Of a stretch of 64,000 nt of DNA, positions 1 through 12,441 are shown one piece after another (position 1 is the first letter of the stretch; every line of letters starts with the position of its first letter). This stretch comes from Eledone cirrhosa (taxonomy: Eukaryota): contig OZ024752.1 in the NCBI GenBank assembly GCA_964016885.1, positions 12,648,001 through 12,712,000 of the forward strand, read 5' to 3'. The notes beneath the pieces were generated by a model. It saw nothing but the letters and a program-made list of their open reading frames with translations. It searched no databases and had not been told where the DNA came from. The translations under genes and the position numbers were made by a program.

Positions 1-69
<69 letters not shown>

Positions 70-77
<8 letters not shown>

Positions 78-486
78 ATGCTTTGGGAGGGTCATGTTGC
101 CAATAAGAAACACACGCACCAGTTGCTTTCACTCCAATTTATTATAAATTAAATTTATAAATTTAAGAATTTATAAATTTCCGGTTGGTTGGTTGGTTCC
201 ACAACCAGACGATTGTTCATATATTGTCAAAGTTCTTTCGTCACATATTCTATGACCTCTTCAGTGACTGGGGATTCTTTTCTTTGTTTTTGTGCCTCTC
301 CTTTGTTCTGAAGAGGTTACAGAATGTGTGACGAAAGAACTTTGACAATATATGAACAATCGTCTGGTTGTGGAACCAACCAACCAGCCGGAAATTTATA
401 AATTTAATTTATAATAAATTGAAGTGAAAGCAACTGGTGCGTGTGTTTCTTATTGGCAACATGACCCTCCCAAAGCATAACAATAT
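70..486. repeat. Fold-back (inverted) Penelope pseudo-LTR ends, one hammerhead motif per arm
   Basis: 70-~263 is the reverse complement of ~308-486 (ATATTGTTATGCTTTGGGAGGGTC...GACCCTCCCAAAGCATAACAATAT); (TA)n on both sides. Confidence 0.85.
226..268 (-). ncRNA. Minimal type I hammerhead ribozyme motif
   Basis: Minus strand GTCA-CTGAAGA-G-GTCAT agaatat GTGAC-GAAA-G aa C-TT-TGAC; stem I GTCA/TGAC; the mirror copy at ~304-346 (+) lacks a matching stem I. Confidence 0.7.
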
Positions 487-532
487 CGGTTTCAACACAC
501 GTTTTCAGATAAACAATCTTACTAAACATATA

Positions 533-573
<41 letters not shown>

Positions 574-623
574 AAATAAAATAAATAAATAAGTCAAATG
601 TTTAAAATTTAGCTTCGTTTATC

Positions 624-678
624 ACTGCTATATATGTTTCGGTGACAGCCATCTTTAGCTATGACCTCTTCAGGCAGT
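624..678 (-). ncRNA. Minimal type I hammerhead ribozyme motif (same family as 10392-10446)
   Basis: ACTGC-CTGAAGA-GGT...ACC-GAAA-CATATAT-A-GCAGT. Confidence 0.85.
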
Positions 679-1184
679 CCGAATTAGTGTGGTATAGACA
701 ATATACTCAAAATCTCTCTCGCTCTCTCTCTCTCTCTATATATATATGGAACGTAGGGAAGTGACACACGAGTTGATATATATATAAACAAATAGTAAAA
801 AGGAAAAAAAAATACACTAGAGAATGCTAGAGGGATTTTTTTCAGAATAACATTTATTTACAAAGTAGGGATTTCCGCATTTAATTGTACTGATACAATT
901 AAATGCGGTCTCGATTGTTCGCAAGTACAGACGTCGAAAGCGTGGGAGATATCGTCCTGGTGAAGACTAAATATGTCTGAAATGCAACAACTCTTGTGTC
1001 CATTGCTTCTGCTGGACACCACCAGAGGGCGTTAGCCTCGGTATTTTTTTTGCATAACTACGGCTTCCTAAATGTTTACCCAGTAATCAGACACTATTTC
1101 TTTAGAAATACGAAATTTCTATACATATCTGTATACAACTATGCTTGAAGCTAAATCCTATCTCTCTCTCTCTCTTTCTATCTC

Positions 1185-1586
1185 TATATGTGTGTGTATA
1201 TATATATGTATATATATATGTATATATATATGTATATATATATATGTATATATATATATGTATATATGTATATGTATATATGTATATATATATATGTATA
1301 TATGTATATATATATATGTGTATATGCATATATGTATACATATATATGTATATATATATCTATATATATATATACGTATATATATATATGTATATATATA
1401 TATATTTATATATGTATATATATATGTATGTATATATATGTATATATGTATGTATATATATATATGTATATATGTATGTATATATATATATGTATATATG
1501 TATGTATATATATATGTATATATATATGTATATATATATGTATATATATGTATATATATATGTATATATATATGTATATATATAAG

Positions 1587-1617
<31 letters not shown>

Positions 1618-1864
1618 GTATATATATGTATATATATTTATATATATATATATGTGTATATATATATACGTATATATATGTATATATATATATTTATATA
1701 TGTATATATATATATGTATGTATGTATATATATATATATTTATATATGTATATATATATATGTATGTATGTATATATATATATTTATATATATATATATG
1801 TATGTATGTATATATATATATTTATATATATGTATATATATATATGTATGTATGTATATATATT

Positions 1865-1895
<31 letters not shown>

Positions 1896-2180
1896 TTATA
1901 TATGTATATATATATATTTATATATGTATATATATATATGTGTGTATATATATGTGTGTGTATATATGTATATGTATATGTATATACATATATATATATG
2001 GATATATATATGTATATATATATATGTATATACATATATATATATGGATATATATATGTATATATATATATATGTGTGTATATATATGTGTGTGTATATA
2101 TGTATATATATATGTATATATATATATGTGTATATATGTATATATATATGTATATATACATATATATATGTATACATACA
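1185..2180. repeat. Degenerate (TA)n/(TATG)n microsatellite, about 1 kb
   Basis: Visible periodicity; source of the YIYI ORFs. Confidence 0.98.
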
Positions 2181-2222
2181 ATGATATTAAATAAATGGAA
2201 ACTATATTTATAAAACCATATT

Positions 2223-2285
2223 TATTTTATTATATATATTTCAAGGGTATCAAGACACATTGGTACGCTTTCATCAGATAAAATA
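2223..2285 (-). ncRNA. Hammerhead ribozyme in the pseudo-LTR of the Penelope-like element
   Basis: TATTTTAT-CTGATGA-AAG...CTT-GAAA-TATATAT-A-ATAAAATA; 8-bp stem I and palindromic stem III. Confidence 0.88.
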
Positions 2286-3284
2286 CAAAGTTTGTTTTAT
2301 AAATAGAGACATACCCATGAAAATCATACCATATCGGTTGGATATTCACTGTATAGTGGAAATATATTAGGGATTTTTCAAACTTATGTGTGAATATGCA
2401 AATGAATATGTAAATAATTGAAAAACAATCGTTTATTTAAACGACTAGAGAGAGAGAGAGAGAGAGGAGAAGGATAAAATAGTGCGAGAGAGAGAGGGAG
2501 AGAAGAAAGAAACAAGAGAAGATGAATAAAAACTCATATAACGTTAATTTGAGGGAAATATATTCTAAGTGTATATCTTAATAGTACGTGTATTTACGAT
2601 TATTAGTTGTTTAAAATTTGTTTATAATATAATATTTTTCTTCTGTGATAAGTAGATAAATAAATAAATAAATACTTAAATAAATAAATAAATAAATAGA
2701 TGGGTATATCATGTTATAGATAATTGTTCTAATGAATTATGAGGGATATTGGTTTTGTATTTAATGTAAATAAATATTAAGTTAAATTAAATTAAATTAA
2801 CTGAGTTAATAAGAATATTTATATTTATATGATTTAAAATAGGAAGATACGGAAAAAACTCCGGTTTAATTTATTTCTTCGTTAGTGTGAGACTATTTAG
2901 TTAAAATAAGTATAGATGTTGAAAGATACATTTAGCCAGAATCAGTTAGTGGTTATAAATCTATTGAAAAATATTGAAAATATATTGATAAAGTATTGAA
3001 AAATCATTGAAAAAGTATTGAAAAATTTGAAAAAATAAAAAAAAAATAATAATTTATAAGAGATAAGTAATTTTTAAAGAAATAAAAATAAAGAAATAAA
3101 AATTATTAAAATTAAAATAAAAAAAAAAGATTAGAATTATATACGTATATATTTTATGAAACTTTAAGAAGTGGAATTACAGCAAATGTTATAGATATTA
3201 TGATTTAGAGATATCAATATATTAAAACCAAGTGGATGAGATTGTTATGGAAATAAGTAGAAATATTATAAGTATAATTATAAG

Positions 3285-4894
3285 TTATATAGTTCTGAAT
3301 GTTGAATTCTGGTGATGTCTACAAGAATTAAATAAATTCGTTCTTAGATTAATAGAGTTTTTACATTTAAGTATGAAAACAATTTCCTCAATACACAATT
3401 TGCAGAATCTAGATAAAGCTGTGTTTCGTTACGCGGGTGCTTTGAAACGGTTTCCCAAGCTAATGAATAGTCCATATTCTTGCATTTTAAGTTCCATGTC
3501 GGGTTTGAAAGAGAAGTTGAAAGAGTGATTGTGGTTATTCCAGCGAAGTTTAAATTCTGTAGAAGTTGCACCGACATAGTTAATATATTATCACTAGTTT
3601 TAAATGTACATTTATAGACCACGTTTTTATCTAAACACTTATTTTGTAAAGGACAGTTTGATTTAATTCTACAGTTACATTTTGCGGAGTTGTTGTTGTT
3701 CAGAACGGTACTGTTATGTAGGATATTGCTAGAGATATTACTGCTATTTTGGTTATTTTGGTTAGGGTTTAAATTTCTATTATTAATTCTATTTATATTT
3801 TGTGCTATATTCATAGTAGTAGAGTAGGATAATTTTATAGCATGTCTGTTAAAGATTGAGTGGTATCTGTGGGCTTTAGGAAAACATTTATCTAGTGCTT
3901 TAAAGAATAGCTTTGCTAAAGGTGTTTTTACGCTTAATGAGAATAGAGGTGAGTACCAAATAATATTTCTAGTTCTAGTTCTTCTGTTAGTTTTAGAGTT
4001 TAAGTTAAATTTGTTATTATTATTACAATTAATAGTAGGGTTATTTGCCTTATTACTGTTGTCGATGTATTTAATCTTATTTATATAACCTGCTCTATTT
4101 AAAGCTTCATTATAATATTCTGCCTTACCGTCAAAAATGTTTTTATTAGCGGAGATGCGTGAAATCCGTTGTTGGACAGAATTGACAATAGTGTTCTTGA
4201 TAGATCTAGGAGGATTAGAGTTAAAACTTACATAGTTTAGATTCTCATTAATTTTATGGAATGGATAGTAGAGCCCTGTGTTAATGTTTAATGTTACGTC
4301 TAAAAAGTTAACAATTTTATAGTTATTCTCTATTTCTAACTTAAGGTTGTAGCTATTGAAGAATTGTATTATGGATTTTCTTTTTCTATTAATTTCACAA
4401 TTACTATGATTTTCAATTAAAAGCAGCATATCATCACGATATAAACCACCGGTCATCTCTGGTATTTTTCTATGCAGTGTATTATTAATAAATAGCCCCA
4501 CAAGATCTGTTATTTGCGCCGAGTCAGATGATCCCATGATGATATCAAAATTATTTTTTCTATCGGCTCTTGTCCAGAGATGATTGTTGAATTCAATTAA
4601 AGTTTTCCGTACAGTTAAAATGATATGCATTTCTTCACTAGATAAATCTATATGTTTAGATGCATAGACAAGAGCTTTATTAAGTAAACTAGGAGTAATA
4701 GAGGAGTAGTAGTTTGCAATATCCATTTGAATGAATTTTTTGTTATGTTTAAATTTTATGTTATTGAACCAATCTATAACTTCGTTAGTACCGTTCCATA
4801 GTTTTAGGTAAGATATTTCTTTAAGTTGCGGTATGATTCTATCTAATATATGTTTACTAACTATGCCTAAGTCTGATATAGATGGTGCTATAAG
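3285..4894 (-). pseudogene. Penelope-like RT-GIY-YIG ORF, frameshifted within the endonuclease
   Basis: PVRLIAP..., MDIANYYSSI (RT motif A), MGSSDSAQITDLVG, GLYRDD, NFLDVTL, CNCRIKSNCPLQNKC, VVYKC; shifted frames continue NYVGATSTEFKLRWNNHNHSF and CKLCIEE...CRH. Confidence 0.92.
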
Positions 4895-5155
4895 TCTGAC
4901 TGGTTATTCTATTTCGAAAATTAACCTGAAAGACCACAAAAGAAACTTTGAAATAGAACTACCAGTCAGACTTATAGTAATATCTCTAGCAATATCCAAC
5001 ATAATAGTACCGTTCTGAACAACAACAACTCCCCAAAATGTAACTAGAATTAAATCAAACTGCCCTTTACAAAATAAGTGTTTAGATAAAAACGTGGTCT
5101 ATAAATGTACAGTTAAAACTAGTGATAATATATTTAACTATGTCGGTGCAACTTC

Positions 5156-5266
5156 TACAGTGATGATTTGGTTAAGCATACATCGTATTTAAAATTGAGT
5201 GACACAACTTCAAGTGATTAGCAATTTTAAGACAACTTAATCAATGAAACAATTGTTAATACTGTA
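5156..5266 (+). ncRNA. Truncated hammerhead remnant
   Basis: TACAG|TGATGA-TTTGGTTAAG...CTTAATCAAT-GAAA-CAATTG-TT-AATACTGTA then AATAAA; C3 and part of stem I lost at the junction with the inverted fragment. Confidence 0.6.
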
Positions 5267-5527
5267 AATAAAACCTTTTTTGTACTGTTGACCATGTTAT
5301 TCTTCACTCTTTCACTATTATTACTCCAAGATTAACTTACATAGGAACTCCCGAGACTTATATAGTCGATACCTAGGAAACCTCTTGTTGAGTCAAACAA
5401 CTCCGTACGCTAAAACTATCCACAATACGGAGTATTCACAACCTCTAACTGGATTACCTATAACGATAACTTGTTATCCCTTATATATATATAAATATAT
5501 ATACACACACACACATATATATATATA

Positions 5528-5968
5528 GCGAGAGGTCATAACAAATGAAGATCGTCTGTAGATGGTAATCCAACTGTATTCATATGTTCACCAATACATA
5601 CCAGCACATATGGTACTGTGTGTTACAAGTTGATTTTACACATCCAAATCCTCATACGCTCGAAACTCCAGATTGAGATGTGTTACATGTCCAAGTTATA
5701 ACCAAGTTATAACTCCAAATCCTCCTATGATTATATGTATGGATTGCGGAGTGTGTTACATATAATCATAGGAGGATTTGGAGTTATAACTTGGTTATAA
5801 CTTGGACATGTAACACATCTCAATCTGGAGTTTCGAGCGTATGAGGATTTGGATGTGTAAAATCAGCTTGTAAGACATAGTGCCATATGTGCTGGTATGT
5901 ATTGGTGAACATATGAATACAGTTGGATTACTATCTACAGACGATCTTTATTTGTTATGACCTCTCGC
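5528..5968. repeat. About 212-bp inverted repeat of a decayed Penelope-type linker fragment (fragment continues to ~6290)
   Basis: 5528-5739 is the reverse complement of 5757-5968; translations ILIRSKL and RCVTCP resemble the RT-endonuclease linker of Penelope/Poseidon elements (family call tentative). Confidence 0.75.
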
Positions 5969-8195
5969 CGACCGGATTACCATATACGGTTGATCCACAG
6001 GTGTTATAACTTCTCACCATATATGCCTTAAACAGCGACTAAACCATGTTTGTTGTGTTTTGATTGCTTCAGCTTGTTTATGTATTAACCCCGCTTTGTC
6101 TGTGGTTGGCTCAGATCGGTGTGGTGCCTGTCCACGTGCAAGTTTAACACCTCTTGTCCACACAATTCCAGAACCTACTGTTATACCCTGTTTGCGCATA
6201 CTACGGTGGGGGGGGGGGGGAATAAAATCCCATTTAGACCTTCTGAAGATACGTTATGGATCTCATATTATTCCATGACTCTAAGGCATGGGAAACTAAA
6301 TCACCTGTCTTTTATAGTAACTATTGCATGCCCTCCTTTGTTGATTCTTCACATGCCTCAATTTGTTTAATTACTATTATGTATTTTTTTAATTATTTTT
6401 TATTTTTTAATTTTTAATTTTTAATTTTTAGGTTTTAAATTTTTTTTTATTATTTTAAAATATTTTAAAATATCTTTACTTACATTTTTGTAATTTTTAA
6501 ATGTTTTAATTCCTTTAAAACATTTTTTAAGGTTTTTTTTTATTAATTTTTTTTATTATTTTTAAAAATTATTTTTAATTACTTCCAATTATTTTTAATT
6601 ATTATTTAAAAATTATTTTTCTTAAAATCATTTTTTGAATATATTTTCTTAATTATATTTAAGTACTTATGATTGCTTTTGTATGCCTTCACATGCCTCA
6701 GTCTCTTGTGGGAAAATCTGCCTGTGTTGTATTATCATGGTTTGTTATAATTGTTTCTACTATTGGCACAAGGCCAGAAAATTACCCAGTACATTACTGG
6801 TACTTTATTTTATCGACCCCGTAAGGATGAAAGGCAAAGTTAACCTCGGCGGGTTTGTTATAATGTTGACTAATAAACCCAGTACGCATTCTTTCCATCC
6901 TTCTCGTATCCAATCTCCCTCATGCTATCCTGTACTGTTTCTCTACTGTTCTTGTGACTAAGCTTGGTAGAGCTTATATCACCACTATGAGGATTGCTGC
7001 CCCACGGTATGGCTGAAACATTGTTAGCGAATAAAAATTGTATAAGTATGTAGGCGTTCTTTGATTTATTTTATCTATAACGGCTCTGTTTCGTACATTG
7101 GGCTAATACGATACTGTCACAAATATGATACTGTGCAGATGTGCTTACGTACATATGATCCGTTGTCTACGTAAATATATATATATATATATAATGTATA
7201 AAAATCAATACAATAAAATGACCTCATTTCCAGAGGTTTCCCGAATGAGGCGAATACGAAAGAAGCGTCTTCATTCGTTCGTCAGACGAGGCAATATAAA
7301 ACATGGGTAAATACTTGGAAAGTCTCGTCAAGAAAATCAAAAAAAAATATAGACAAATGAATTAGAATATGAAGTATATAATAATCTTTCAAGAAATATA
7401 GTTAGGTGTGTGTATATGTATGTATATACGCTCACAGATGTGCATATATGTGTATGCACATATGTATACGTATAGTGAAAAAGTGTGCGTAAATATATAA
7501 TTTAGGGCAAATGTATCTGTGTATCTGTAATCTACAGACAGAATAGATACATCATAAGAATATGAAAGCACGCGCATAAACACACCTACACACACGTACA
7601 CTTATATGCGGAAGTAAAAGAGGTAAGGGAGTGTAATAATTAAAGGGAAGTATCAATCTCGATATATTTATAAAAATGTAACAATAAATTAGAAAGAAAA
7701 AATTTTTAGAAAGAAAAAATTAAAGAAAAGAAGACAAAAAAGGGTACATACATACACAGACACGCATATCTCACAAAAGAAACGCAAAAATATACATGCT
7801 TATATACACACGCACACTTACACATCCATACATTCGATACGTACACACACATACACACACACACATACTTACACTCACGCATATTGACCTGTTTGCATGC
7901 ACACGCTTAAAAATGAGTAAATAAAAAAGGTGGGGGGTGGGGGAGAAGAAAAAAGGAACAAAACATAAAACCTAGATGTCAAAACACGGATATAAAGACA
8001 TACATATACGCATAATATATACATACACATACATATATATATATATATACATATATATACATACATATATATATATATATATATACACGCACGCGCGCGC
8101 ACATACGTAGTCGCTCATGTACATATATAGAAAGTATACACACATTAAGGCGTTCAGCCATATTGATACAGGGTGTAAAAAACTTGTGGATAAGA

Positions 8196-8233
<38 letters not shown>

Positions 8234-8248
8234 TTAATATAGAAGAGC

Positions 8249-8293
8249 TTCTACAGGACTAGAACTGTTTCATTCGTGAGAAATCATCAGGAT
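8249..8293 (-). ncRNA. Hammerhead motif (same family as 26505-26549), stem I truncated
   Basis: TC-CTGATGA-TTTC tcac GAAT-GAAA-CAG...CTG-TA-GAA. Confidence 0.55.
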
Positions 8294-8311
8294 GATATAT
8301 AAATATATATA

Positions 8312-8482
8312 TAATTGTTTCTACTTTTGGCACAAGGCCAGCAATTATCCCAGTGCATTACTGGTACTTTATTTTAACGACCCCGTAAGGACGAAAGGCA
8401 AAGTTAACCCCGGCGGGATTTTAATTCAGAACGTAAAGGGATATAACTCTGCTGCAAAGAATGGTGTCTGATGCCCTACTGA
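8312..8482 (-). mobile_element. tRNA-derived SINE with Deu/Nin-type core; about 30 copies or fragments in the window
   Basis: Family consensus TGGCAGTATCGGTAGAG (A box), GAGTTCAAATCC (B box), GCCTTTCATCCTTACGGGGTCGATAAAATAAAGTACCAG. Other copies near 6748, 8595, 13052, 17141, 17402, 18688, 25035, 27162, 40645, 40866, 41204, 48462, 49045, 50440, 61604, 62612, 63523. Confidence 0.88.
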
Positions 8483-8532
8483 TATATAATAAACTGTTAT
8501 TGTTCCTACGTACGTACATACATACACACACA

Positions 8533-8976
8533 TGATGGCTGCCCCCTCATTATCGAGTATGGCCATTGTACGATATAACATTAACAATTATTAATTAATT
8601 GTTTCTACTTTTGGCACAAGGCCAGCCATCACCAATGCATTACTGGTACTTTATTTTATCGACCCCGTAAGGATGAAAAGCAAAGTTAACCTCGGCGGGA
8701 TTTGAATTATTAATGCTATCGTGCAATGCTTGTGCATCAAGATTTTATTTAAAATTAGGAAAGACTGTGCACTGAGCCAATCCCACTCTCTGAGCGACAG
8801 TAGCTATAACCTGAAGAAAAGATCAACATCATCGGTAACTACTGAGCCGCAGGTTTTGTGTGGAGTTATCCCAGTTTCCTGAGTTGCCTTCTCCTAAAAG
8901 GCTAGGGGTCCTTCACTCCCAGTGGTTTAACCGCACGATCGGGTATCCAGCCCGATTATTTCTATGTCCCCCACGC
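8533..8976 (-). mobile_element. Bipartite non-autonomous RTE derivative (5' UTR fused to 3' tail), interrupted by a SINE at ~8595-8706
   Basis: 8710-8976 matches the RTE 5' UTR at 13470-13760; it ends in TGGCCATACTCGATAATGAGGGGGCAGCCATCA plus a TG/TGTA-rich tail, like 10721-11330. Confidence 0.75.
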
Positions 8977-9338
8977 ATATATACACATACACACACATAC
9001 ATATAGAAACATACATACAATGACACATACATATATGTACATACTTACAATGACACAAACAGGTACATACTTACATAACTTGGTATAGTAACAACAGTTA
9101 CAGCGCTCGGTCTTTGATATTTGGCGTTAGTGGCAAATATTAACACATGTACTTCTATAACGACATATTATCATTGGATATATACTGACATCTTAACAAA
9201 ACATCTTAATACTTCTTTCACACGACACTCTGTGTGGATGTATGTGTGTATCTATGTGTGTGTGTGTGGGGTGGGGGAGTTATATGTGTGTGTTTATGGG
9301 TGTGTGTGTATGTATGTATGTGTATATATATATATATA

Positions 9339-9772
9339 TCTCCCGGTGATTTTGGATGGCCATCGACTCTTACGAGCTCCTTAGCCTTTGTCAAGGCAGA
9401 ATTCTAGGAGAAGGAAAACTCTGATATAACACCTGCAACTCTGATGGTATCCAACGATGTTGACTTGTTCTTCTTTTTGGTAAATATCATCTTGGTTAAG
9501 AGAGTGGGACTGGCTTTGTGCAGTGCCTTTGCTCACTATAAAAGCTTCACGGCACAGGCATTGCTTTATATCTGGAGATCTCTCTGCACTTGTCATCACA
9601 TGGCACCATGGGCCCAGCACTATGTGTCAGTAATTGTCACAAGTGTAGTGTTTGTACCAGAGTTTTCAAGTCGCTGGCTGGACTAAAAAGTCACACTCGT
9701 TCAGCGCATCGGTAGGGGTTCTCCTACATGGATATAAAGTAGTGGCCGTACTCGAAAACGAGTTGGCAGCCA

Positions 9773-9775
<3 letters not shown>
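9339..9775 (+). mobile_element. 5'-truncated, 5'-inverted copy of the 10721-11330 element
   Basis: 9379-9775 is near-identical to 10932-11330; 9339-9382 is the reverse complement of ~10881-10924. Confidence 0.9.
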
Positions 9776-9829
<54 letters not shown>

Positions 9830-10391
9830 TAAAAGGAATTCCAACTTTGTCTGATTTACTCGTTTAAAATTTTAAATCCTTTAAAATTTATAATGGTATT
9901 AGAATGAAATAGTATGGTAGAATATTAAATGTTAAGTGTTAATTGAACAAGTACTTTTATGCTTTCGCAATCTTCAGGTTCATAATGTGTGGTGACAGTC
10001 AAGTTTGCAATTTTCAACTGTTGAAAATTGCTTTTATTAATATAATCTTCATTACACAATCATACACACCTGTGTATATTTATCTATCTATCTCTATATA
10101 TAGAGAGAGATTTTGAGTATATGTTGGTTGTATACCAACACCTCAGTATGCAGTCTGGAGCACTCGACGAAGTGCGCAGGTTGGTTTGGTTACTCCGGAG
10201 TAATGAATGCTCAAACAATTGACCAATGAGAGGAGAAGAGGCCCTTTGACACTGAAATTCGTTTGTTTGAATTCATATGATTCCAGTTCCTCAGAGAAAT
10301 AACAACCTAACCAGGAACTGGACATATCAGAGTATTGACAAAATTATACACCTCAACAACATATGTACTTGTCTATACCACACTAACTCGG

Positions 10392-10446
10392 ACTGCCTGA
10401 AGAGGTCACAGCCAAAGATGGCTGTCACTGAAATATATATAGCAGT
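10392..10446 (+). ncRNA. Minimal hammerhead ribozyme ending a ~400-bp Penelope-type 3' fragment between (TA)n tracts
   Basis: ACTGC-CTGAAGA-GGT..ACAGCCA aaga TGGCTGT..ACT-GAAA-TATATAT-A-GCAGT, followed by AATAAA. Confidence 0.85.
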
Positions 10447-10491
10447 AATAAACGAAGCTAAATTTTAAACATTTGACTTTTTATTTAACTT

Positions 10492-10559
<68 letters not shown>

Positions 10560-10720
10560 ATATGTGCATGTGTTTGTTGGTATGTATGTGTTTATGGGTG
10601 TGTGTGTGTGTATATATATGTGTGTGGGTATCTGTGTATATATGTGTGCGTGTATGTATGTATGTATGTATGTATGTATGTATGTATGTATGTATGTATG
10701 TATGTATGTATGTATGTATG

Positions 10721-11330
10721 TCAGGTCACCAGTTGGTGCTACTGGTAACAGGTATCCCAGTACAACCTGTCTCATGGTCGAGTCGTTGGCGACTAAACTG
10801 GCAACCCCACCAAGGTTTCTTGATGAGGAGGGTGACTTTGGACATCCTGCAGGACTAAAAACAAAACCTGTCAAAGAGCAAAGGAGCTCTTAAGAGTCAA
10901 TGGCCATCCAAAATCACCGGGAGAGATGACCCCTTAGCCTTTGTCAAGGCAGAATTCTAGGAGAAGGAAAACTCTGATATAACACCTGCAACCCAGATGG
11001 TATCCAATGATGTTGACCTGTTCTTCTTTTTGGTAAATATCATCTTGGTTAAGAGAGTGGGACTGGCTTTGTGCAGTGCCTTTGCTCACTATAAAAGCTT
11101 CACGGCACAGGCATTGCTTTATATCTGGAGATCTCTCTGCACTTGTCGTCACATGATTCCATGGGCCCAGCACTATGTGTCAATAATTGTCACAAGTGTA
11201 GTGTTTGTACCAGAGTTTTCAAGTCGCTGGCTGGACTAAAAAATCACACTCGTTCAGCGCATCGGTAGGGGTTCTCTCCTACATGGATATAAAGTAGTGG
11301 CCGTACTCGAAAACGAGTTGGCAGCCACCA
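10721..11330 (+). mobile_element. Bipartite non-autonomous RTE-type element (5' UTR, C-terminal C2H2 finger, 3' tail) with (TATG)n tail
   Basis: RTE 5'-UTR-like CTAGGAGAAGGAAAACTCTG; 11188-11268 reads CHKCSVCTRVFKSLAGLKNHTRSAHR*; no endonuclease or RT sequence in between. Confidence 0.8.
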
Positions 11331-11404
11331 TGTATGTATGTATGTATGTATGTATGTATGTATGTATGTATGTGGGCATGCGTTTATGTATGTATGTATG
11401 CATG

Positions 11405-11989
11405 TTTCTCTTTCTCTTAATTTCGAGTACATTTTTGACCGGCCACCTTCCTGGTGGCAAGGTTGTAAGAGAAAAGAAATTGTCATCCCTTGAATCGCAA
11501 GAATGTTTTGCAAATTTTGAAGGTACCAGATATCGCAGCCATTTGTAGTCTATAAATTAGGGAGTAGTGCCTTTTGTCCACAAATCCAAGTTCAGTCATA
11601 CTTTGGTCCAAGCGGGTTGGTATATGACCTGTAGCTCCAATAATGATGGGTATGAAGCTGAAGGTGTATCTTGGATACTGGATTTGCAAACTCCTCATCA
11701 ATGGTCCGTAGATGTCCTCCTTTTCTTGTACTTTTCTTACAACATTGACATCTAGTGGGCAGCTGATCTCTACAACAGAACACGTTTTCAATGTGTTGTC
11801 CCAAATAACAATATCAGCCGGTTGTGCTTTAATTTGGTGGCAGTGTTTATTTTCAGGTTCCACCAGTATTCCTTAGTGCCATCTGTCTCAACATATTCCT
11901 CCTCATTTGTTTTTAATTTTGTTTTCCGAAGTGCGCTCCAGATGGCTCTAGCTATCACATCGTGTCTCATAGGGAGGTAGTAACGAGAC
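11405..11989 (-). mobile_element. 3' fragment of an R4/Dong-like non-LTR retrotransposon (restriction-like endonuclease)
   Basis: RHDVIA...YWWN...KHNR / PADIVIWD...VEISCPLD.N...K..EK...Y..L...PIIIGATG with one frameshift; (TATG)n on both sides. Confidence 0.85.
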
Positions 11990-12441
11990 TATGTATGTAT
12001 GTATGTATGTATGTATGTATGTATGTATGTATGTATGTATGTATGTATGTATGAGCTTATAGATGTATGTATGTATGTATGATGGAGCTTATAGATAGGA
12101 CAACACACGCTGTCTTTTCGTGGGGGTAAGTTTTTAATTAATTTTTGTATTCTGAAACATCAAAATACAACAATTTTTTTGTCACTGGACTCGGGAATGA
12201 CACGACAGAAGTTTGTGGAAGTTACACAAATATTTTAGTATATTTTACCAGAGCAATCCTCATTTATATTTTACATTTTACATTTACTTACATCTTAATA
12301 TAACATGGCTAAAATTCAAATTTTGCAAAGAGAAGAAAACGGACAACTGAACTAGATACATCTCACTGTCCCCACCACCACAATAATGTCTACACTCCCT
12401 CCCTACCATCACATGTCATTACCCTATCTAGACTAAAGTCA

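Larger units (their letters stand above)
2185..5160 (-). mobile_element. 5'-truncated Penelope-like retroelement (Hydra-type: RT, CxCx5Cx5C linker, GIY-YIG) with a long AT-rich 3' UTR and 5' inversions
   Basis: ORF motifs (next entry); hammerhead at 2223-2285 near the 3' end; abuts (TA)n; inverted pieces at 4915-5160. Confidence 0.9.

Noticed and set aside
1102-2213. Long YIYI-type ORFs; likewise the ERER, poly-K/R/S/F and poly-H ORFs near 20557, 23964, 42412, 58169 and 61832
   Set aside because: Translations of (TA)n, (GA)n, (TTC)n and (CAT)n microsatellites
6975-7035. Hammerhead-like CTATGAGG...GAAACATTGTTA; also CTGATGA-AGAAC...GTTCT near 34769
   Set aside because: Core nucleotides or the GAAA strand are missing and stem I is absent; possibly decayed remnants, so not counted
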